A stretch of 64,000 bases of DNA from the human T2T-CHM13v2.0 reference genome, Homo sapiens. Position 1 is the stretch's first letter. Each line of letters opens with the position of its first letter. Shown here in pieces: positions 55,801-64,000 of the stretch. The notes under the pieces are model-generated. The model ran no database searches, had not been told where the DNA came from, and saw only the letters and a program-made list of their open reading frames with translations. Both the position numbers and the translations under genes were made by a program. Where the stretch lies: NCBI RefSeq assembly GCF_009914755.1, contig NC_060925.1. The stretch is one strand, 5' to 3'.

Positions 55801-58800
55801 TGGAATCATTGAATGGACTCGAAAGGGATCATGATTGAATGAAATTGAATGGAATCATCGAATGGTCTCGATTGGAATCATTATCAAATGGAATCGAATG
55901 GAATCACCGAATAGAATCGAATGGAACAATCATCGAATGGACTCAAATGGAATTATCCTCAAATGGAATCGAATGGAATTATCGAATGCAATCGAATGGA
56001 ATTATCGAATGCAATCGAATAGAATCATCGAATGGACTCGAATGGAATCATCGAATGGAATGGAATGGAATGGAACAGTCAATGAACTCGAATGGAATCA
56101 TCATTGAATGGAATCGAATGGAATCATCGAGTAGAATCGAATGGAATTATGATCAAATGGAATCGAATGTAATCATCATCAAATGGAATCAAAAATAACC
56201 ATCATCAATTGGTATTGAATGGAATTGTCATCAAATGGAATTCAAAGGAATCATCATCAAATGGAACCGAATGGAATCCTCATTGAATGGAAATGAAAGG
56301 GGTCATCATCTAATGGAATCGCATGGAATCATCATCAAATGGAATCGAATGGAATCATCATCAAATGGAATCTAATGGAATCATTGAACAGAATTGAATG
56401 GAATCGTCATCGAATGAATTGAATGCAATCATCGAATGGTCTCGAATGGAATCATCTTCTAATGGAAAGGAATGGAATCATCGCATAGAATCGAATGGAA
56501 TTATCATCGAATGGAATCGAATGGTATCAACACCAAACGGAAAAAAACGGAATTATCGAATGGAATCGAAGAGAATCTTCGAACGGACCCGAATGGAATC
56601 ATCTAAAGGAATGGAATGGAATAATCCATGGACTCGAATGCAATCATCATCGAATGGAATCGAATGGAATCATCGAATGGACTCGAATGGAATAATCATT
56701 GAACGGAATCGAATGGAATCATCATCGGATGGAAACGAATGGAATCATCATCGAATGGAAATGAAAGGAGTCATCATCTAATGGAATTGCATGGAATCAT
56801 CATAAAATGGAATCGAATGGAATCAACATCAAATGGAATCAAATGGAATCATTGAACGGAATTGAATGGAATCGTCATCGAATGAATTGACTGCAATCAT
56901 CCAATGGTCTCGAATGGAATCATCTTCAAATGGAATGGAATGGAATCATCGCATAGAATCGAATGGAATTATCGTCGAATGGAATCGAATGGAATCAACA
57001 TCAAACGGAAAAAAACGGAATTATCGAATGGAATCGAAGAGAATCATCGAATGGACCCGAATGGAATCATCTAATGGAATGGAATGGAATAATCCATGGA
57101 CTCGAATGCAATCATCATCGAATGGAATCGAATGGAATCATCGAATGGACTCGAATGGAATAATCATTGAACGGAATCGAATGGAATCATCATCGGATGG
57201 AAATGAATGGAATCATCATCGAATGGAATCGAATAGAATTATGGAATGAAATCCAGTGTGATCATCATCGAATGGACCCGAATGGAATCATCATCCAACG
57301 GAAGCTAATGGAATCAACATCGAATGAATCAAATGGAAACACCATCGAAATGAAACGAATGGAATTATCATGAAATTGAAATGGATGGACTCATCATCGA
57401 ATGGATTCGAATGGAATCATCGAATAAAATTGATTGAAATCATCATCCAATGGAATCGAATGGTATCATTGAATGGAATCGAATGGAATCATCATCAGAT
57501 GGAAATGAATGGAATCGTCATAGAATGGAATCGAATGGATTCATTGAATGGAATCAGATGGAATCATCGAATGGACTGGAATGGAATCATTGAATGGACT
57601 CGAAAGGGATCATTATTGAATGGAATTGAATGGAATCATCGAATGGTCTCGATTGGAATCATTATCAAATGGAATCGAATGAAATCACCGAACAGAATCG
57701 AATGGAACAATCATCGAATGGACTCAAATGGAATTATCCTCCAATGGAATCGAATGGAATTATCGAATGCAATCGAATGGAATTATCGAATGCAATCGAA
57801 TAGAATCATCGAATGGACTCGAATGGAATCATCGAATGGAATGGAATGGAACAGTCAATGAACTCGAATGGAATCATCATTGAATGGAATCGAATGGAAT
57901 CATCGAGTGGAATCGAATGGAATTATGATCAAATGGAATCGAATGTAATCATCATCAAATGGAATCAAAAATAACCATCATCAATTGGTATTGAATGGAA
58001 TTGTCATCAAATGGAATTCAAAGGAATCATCATCAAATGGAACCGAATGGAATCCTCATTGAATGGAAATGAAAGGGGTCATCATCTAATGGAATCGCAT
58101 GGAATCATCATCAAATGGAATCGAATGGAATCATCATCAAATGGAATCTAATGGAATCATTGAACAGAATTGAATGGAATCGTCATCGAATGAATGGAAT
58201 GCAATCATCGAATGGTCTCGAATGGAATCATCTTCTAATGGAAAGGAATGGAATCATCGCATAGAATCGAATGGAATTATCATCGAATGGAATCGAATGG
58301 TATCAACACCAAACGGAAAAAAACGGAATTATCGAATTGAATCGAAGAGAATCTTCGAATGGACCCGAATGGAATCATCTAATGGAATGGAATGGAATAA
58401 TCCATGGACTCGAATACAATCATCATCGAATGGAATCGAATGGAATCATCGAATGGACTCGAATGGAATAATCATTGAACGGAATCGAATGGAATCATCA
58501 TCGGATGGAAACGAATGGAATCATCATCGAATGGAAATGAAAGGAGTCATCATCTAATGGAATTGCATGGAATCATCATAAAATGGAATCGAATGGAATC
58601 AACATCAAATGGAATCAAATGGAATCATTGAACGGAATTGAATGGAATCGTCATCGAATGAATTGACTGCAATCATCCAATGGTCTCGAATGGAATCATC
58701 TTCAAATGGAATGGAATGGAATCATCGCATAGAATCGAATGGAATTATCATCGAATGGAATCGAATGGAATCAACATCAAACGGAAAAAAACGGAATTAT

Positions 58801-61800
58801 CGAATGGAATCGAAGAGAATCATCGAATGGACCCGAATGGAATCATCTAATGGAATGGAATGGAATAATCCATGGACTCGAATGCAATCATCATCGAATG
58901 GAATCGAATGGAATCATCGAATGGACTCGAATGGAATAATCATTGAACGGAATCGAATGGAATCATCATCGGATGGAAATGAATGGAATCATCATCGAAT
59001 GGAATCGAATAGAATTATGGAATGAAATCCAGTGTGATCATCATCGAATGGACCCGAATGGAATCATCATCCAACGGAAGCTAATGGAATCAACATCGAA
59101 TGAATCGAATGGAAACACCATCGAATTGAAACGAATGGAATTATCATGAAATTGAAATGGATGGACTCATCATCGAATGGATTCGAATGGAATCATCGAA
59201 TAAAATTGATTGAAATCATCATCCAATGGAATCGAATGGTATCATTGAATGGAATCGAATGGAATCATCATCAGATGGAAATGAATGGAATCGTCATAGA
59301 ATGGAATCGAATGGATTCATTGAATGGAATCAGATGGAATCATCGAATGGACTGGAATGGAATCATTGAATGGAATCGAAAGGGATCATAATTGAATGGA
59401 ATTGAATGGAATCATCGAATGGTCTCGATTGGAATCATTATCAAATGGAATCGAATGGAATCACCGAATAGAATCGAATGGAACAATCATCGAATGGACT
59501 CAAATGGAATTATCCTCCAATGGAATCGAATGGAATTATCGAATGCAATCGAATGGAATTATCGAATGCAATCGAATAGAATCATCGAATGGACTCGAAT
59601 GGAATCATCGAATGGAATGGAATGGAACAGTCAATGAACTCGAATGGAATCATCATTGAATGGAATGGAATGGAATCATCGAGTGGAATCGAATGGAATT
59701 ATGATCAAATGGAATCGAATGTAATCATCATCAAATGGAATCAAAAATAACCATCATCAATTGGTATTGAATGGAATTGTCATCAAATGGAATTCAAAGG
59801 AATCATCATCAAATGGAACCGAATGGAATCCTCATTGAATGGAAATGAAAGGGGTCATCATCTAATGGAATCGCATGGAATCATCATCAAATGGAATCGA
59901 ATGGAATCATCATCAAATGGAATCTAATGGAATCATTGAACAGAATTGAATGGAATCGTCATCGAATGAATTGAATGCAATCATCGAATGGTCTCGAATG
60001 GAATCATCTTCTAATGGAAAGGAATGGAATCATCGCATAGAATCGAATGGAATTATCATCGAATGGAATCGAATGGTATCAACACCAAACGGAAAAAAAC
60101 GGAATTATCGAATGGAATCGAAGAGAATCTTCGAACGGACCCGAATGGAATCATCTAATGGAATGGAATGGAATAATCCATGGACTCGAATGCAATCATC
60201 ATCGAATGGAATCGAATGGAATCATCGAATGGACTCGAATGGAATAATCATTGAACGGAATCGATTGGAATCATCATCGGATGGAAACGAATGGAATCAT
60301 CATCGAATGGAAATGAAAGGAGTCATCATCTAATGGAATTGCATGGAATCATCATAAAATGGAATCGAATGGAATCAACATCAAATGGAATCAAATGGAA
60401 TCATTGAACGGAATTGAATGGAATCGTCATCGAATGAATTGACTGCAATCATCCAATGGTCTCGAATGGAATCATCTTCAAATGGAATGGAATGGAATCA
60501 TCGCATAGAATCGAATGGAATTATCATCGAATGGAATCGAATGGTATCAACACCAAACGGAAAAAAACGGAATTATCGAATGGAATCGAAGAGAATCTTC
60601 GAACGGACCCGAATGGAATCATCTAATGGAATGGAATGGAATAATCCATGGACTCGAATGCAATCATCATCGAATGGAATCGAATGGAATCATCGAATGG
60701 ACTCGAATGGAATAATCATTGAACGGAATCGATTGGAATCATCATCGGATGGAAACGAATGGAATCATCATCGAATGGAAATGAAAGGAGTCATCATCTA
60801 ATGGAATTGCATGGAATCATCATAAAATGGAATCGAATGGAATCAACATCAAATGGAATCAAATGGAATCATTGAACGGAATTGAATGGAATCGTCATCG
60901 AATGAATTGACTGCAATCATCCAATGGTCTCGAATGGAATCATCTTCAAATGGAATGGAATGGAATCATCGCATAAAATCGAATGGAATTATCATCGAAT
61001 GGAATCGAATGGAATCAACATCCAACGGAAAAAAACGGAATTATCGAATGGAATCGAAGAGAATCATCGAATGGACCCGAATGGAATCATCTAATGGAAT
61101 GGAATGGAATAATCCATGGACTCGAATGCAATCATCATCGAATGGAATCGAATGGAATCATCGAATGGACTCGAATGGAATAATCATTGAACGGAATCGA
61201 ATGGAATCATCATCGGATGGAAATGAATGGAATCATCATCGAATGGAATCGAATAGAATTATGGAATGAAATCCAGTGTGATCATCGTCGAATGGACCCG
61301 AATGGAATCATCATCCAACGGAAGCTAATGGAATCAACATCGAATGAATCAAATGGAAACACCATCGAATTGAAACGAATGGAATTATCATGAAATTGAA
61401 ATGGATGGACTCATCATCGAATGGATTCGAATGGAATCATCGAATAAAATTGATTGAAATCATCATCCAATGGAATCGAATGGTATCATTGAATGGAATC
61501 GAATGGAATCATCATCAGATGGAAATGAATGGAATCGTCATAGAATGGAATCGAATGGATTCATTGAATGGAATCAGATGGAATCATCGAATGGACTGGA
61601 ATGGAATCATTGAATGGACTCGAAAGGGATCATGATTGAATGGAATTGAATGGAATCATCGAATGGTCTCGATTGGAATCATTATCAAATGGAATCGAAT
61701 GGAATCACCGAATAGAATCGAATGGAACAATCATCGAATGGACTCAAATGGAATTATCCTCCAATGGAATCGAATGGAATTATCGAATGCAATCGAATGG

Positions 61801-64000
61801 AATTATCGAATGCAATCGAATAGAATCATCGAATGGACTCGAATGGAATCATCGAATGGAATTGAATGGAACAGTCAATGAACTCGAATGGAATCATCAT
61901 TGAATGGAATCGAATGGAATCATCGAGTGGAATCGAATGGAATTATGATCAAATGGAATCGAATGTAATCATCATCAAATGGAATCAAAAATAACCATCA
62001 TCAATTGGTATTGAATGGAATTGTCATCAAATGGAATTCAAAGGAATCATCATCAAATGGAACCGAATGGAATCCTCATTGAATGGAAATGAAAGGGGTC
62101 ATCATCTAATGGAATCGCATGGAATCATCATCAAATGGAATCGAATGGAATCATCATCAAATGGAATCTAATGGAATCATTGAACAGAATTGAATGGAAT
62201 CGTCATCGAATGAATTGAATGCAATCATCGAATGGTCTCGAATGGAATCATCTTCTAATGGAAAGGAATGGAATCATCGCATAGAATCGAATGGAATTAT
62301 CATCGAATGGAATCGAATGGTATCAACACCAAACGGAAAAAAACGGAATTATCGAATGGAATCGAAGAGAATCTTCGAACGGACCCGAATGGAATCATCT
62401 AATGGAATGGAATGGAATAATCCATGGACTCGAATGCAATCATCATCGAATGGAATCGAATGGAATCATCGAATGGACTCGAATGGAATAATCATTGAAC
62501 GGAATCGATTGGAATCATCATCGGATGGAAACGAATGGAATCATCATCGAATGGAAATGAAAGGAGTCATCATCTAATGGAATTGCATGGAATCATCATA
62601 AAATGGAATCGAATGGAATCAACATCAAATGGAATCAAATGGAATCATTGAACGGAATTGAATGGAATCGTCATCGAATGAATTGACTGCAATCATCCAA
62701 TGGTCTCGAATGGAATCATCTTCAAATGGAATGGAATGGAATCATCGCATAGAATCGAATGGAATTATCATCGAATGGAATCGAATGGAATCAACATCCA
62801 ACGGAAAAAAACGGAATTATCGAATGGAATCGAAGAGAATCATTGAATGGACCCGAATGGAATCATCTAATGGAATGGAATGGAATAATCCATGGACTCG
62901 AATGCAATCATCATCGAATGGAATCGAATGGAATCATCGAATGGACTCGAATGGAATAATCATTGAACGGAATCGAATGGAATCATCATCGGATGGAAAT
63001 GAATGGAATCATCATCGAATGGAATCGAATAGAATTATGGAATGAAATCCAGTGTGATCATCATCGAATGGACCCGAATGGAATCATCATCCAACGGAAG
63101 CTAATGGAATCAACATCGAATGAATCAAATGGAAACACCATCGAATTGAAACGAATGGAATTATCATGAAATTGAAATGGATGGACTCATCATCGAATGG
63201 ATTCGAATGGAATCATCGAATAAAATTGATTGAAATCATCATCGAATGGAATCGAATGGTATCATTGAATGGAATCGAATGGAATCATCATCAGATGGAA
63301 ATGAATGGAATCGTCATAGAATGGAATCGAATGGATTCATTGAATGGAATCAGATGGAATCATCGAATGGACTGGAATGGAATCATTGAATGGACTCGAA
63401 AGGGATCATGATTGAATGGAATTGAATGGAATCATCGAATGGTCTCGATTGGAATCATTATCAAATGGAATCGAATGGAATCACCGAATAGAATCGAATG
63501 GAACAATCATCGAATGGACTCAAATGGAATTATCCTCAAATGGAATCGAATGGAATTATCGAATGCAATCGAATGGAATTATCGAATGCAATCGAATAGA
63601 ATCATCGAATGGACTCGAATGGAATCATCGAATGGAATGGAATGGAATGGAACAGTCAATGAACTCGAATGGAATCATCATTGAATGGAATCGAATGGAA
63701 TCATCGAGTAGAATCGAATGGAATTATGATCAAATGGAATCGAATGTAATCATCATCAAATGGAATCAAAAATAACCATCATCAATTGGTATTGAATGGA
63801 ATTGTCATCAAATGGAATTCAAAGGAATCATCATCAAATGGAACCGAATGGAATCCTCATTGAATGGAAATGAAAGGGGTCATCATCTAATGGAATCGCA
63901 TGGAATCATCATCAAATGGAATCGAATGGAATCATCATCAAATGGAATCTAATGGAATCATTGAACAGAATTGAATGGAATCGTCATCGAATGAATTGAA
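50261..64000 (+). repeat. 4-unit (7109-bp) tandem duplication; the second copy carries the 468-bp gain
   Basis: Marker pairs 50261/57370, 51065/58174 and 52841/59950 are 7109 apart. After the gain, 53309/60886, 54617/62194 and 55835/63412 are 7577 apart (7109+468). Confidence 0.85.
59950..62193 (+). repeat. 2244-bp expanded unit with three 468-bp subrepeats (A, B/A hybrid, B)
   Basis: ORF starts at 59950, 60418 and 60886, and the next unit starts at 62194 (1776+468). The middle copy begins B-type (ELTAIIQW, GMEW) and continues A-type (MVSTP, IFER, KGVII). Confidence 0.93.

Larger units (their letters stand above)
1..64000 (+). repeat. Human satellite II (HSat2/HSATII) tandem array, ~1.78-kb unit, probably chr1q12 pericentromeric type
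   Basis: Seen: the entire window consists of GGAAT/CGAAT pentamers plus ATC triplets (e.g. GAATGGAATCATCATCGAATGGAATC; reverse complement CATTCGATGATGATTCCATTC). TCGA density is very high, and near-identical ORF translations recur every 1776 bp. Knowledge: CATTCGATTC/ATGATG-type motifs distinguish HSat2 from the (CATTC)n-dominated HSat3, and a 1.77-kb EcoRI unit is described for the chr1 satellite. Family call is firm; chromosome is inference. Confidence 0.96.

Noticed and set aside
407-63775. Roughly 230 short + strand ORFs (MESS/NGIIEW-rich, 66-163 aa)
   Set aside because: They are translations of GGAAT/ATC repeats, where ATG occurs in nearly every pentamer. They overlap in several frames and are broken or fused by random SNVs. 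They appear only on + because the minus strand is full of TGA from ATGATG. There is no domain or gene structure.
1-64000. CRISPR-like array or a novel coded system
   Set aside because: There are no unique spacers and no associated genes; all sequence is tandemly repeated satellite.
1-64000. HSat3, alpha satellite or telomeric repeat
   Set aside because: Pure GGAAT runs are at most 3-4 copies and CGAAT/ATC motifs dominate. There is no 171-bp period, CENP-B box or TTAGGG.
1-64000. Inversion or transposon (L1/Alu) insertion
   Set aside because: The GGAAT strand stays on + throughout, and unit spacing accounts for every base between 482 and 63975.

Overview
The whole 64-kb window is one uninterrupted tandem satellite array in a single orientation, with the GGAAT-rich strand on +. 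It is built from diverged GGAAT/CGAAT pentamers interspersed with ATC triplets, which is the signature of human classical satellite II (HSat2/HSATII). The dominant period is 1776 bp, with one constant EcoRI site per unit. This matches the ~1.77-kb HSat2 unit known from chromosome 1q12 pericentromeric heterochromatin; the chromosome assignment is inferred, not searched. Using the recurring MESSSNELNA ATG as an anchor (482 ... 63975), there are 36 complete units: 28 x 1776, 5 x 1781, 2 x 1308 and 1 x 2244 bp. Each unit is two ~97%-identical 468-bp subrepeats (A, B) plus an 840-bp segment. I found no genes, RNA genes, transposons, CRISPR arrays or inversions. All listed ORFs are translations of the satellite, and I find no evidence for a new protein-coding system. 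The notable signal is the array's internal history: 468-bp loss and gain by A/B recombination with mappable crossovers, a +5-bp unit lineage, and successive local super-repeats (8412, 3552/8885, 5328, 7109 bp) whose SNV haplotypes allow events to be ordered. All comparisons were made by eye and from the ORF track.
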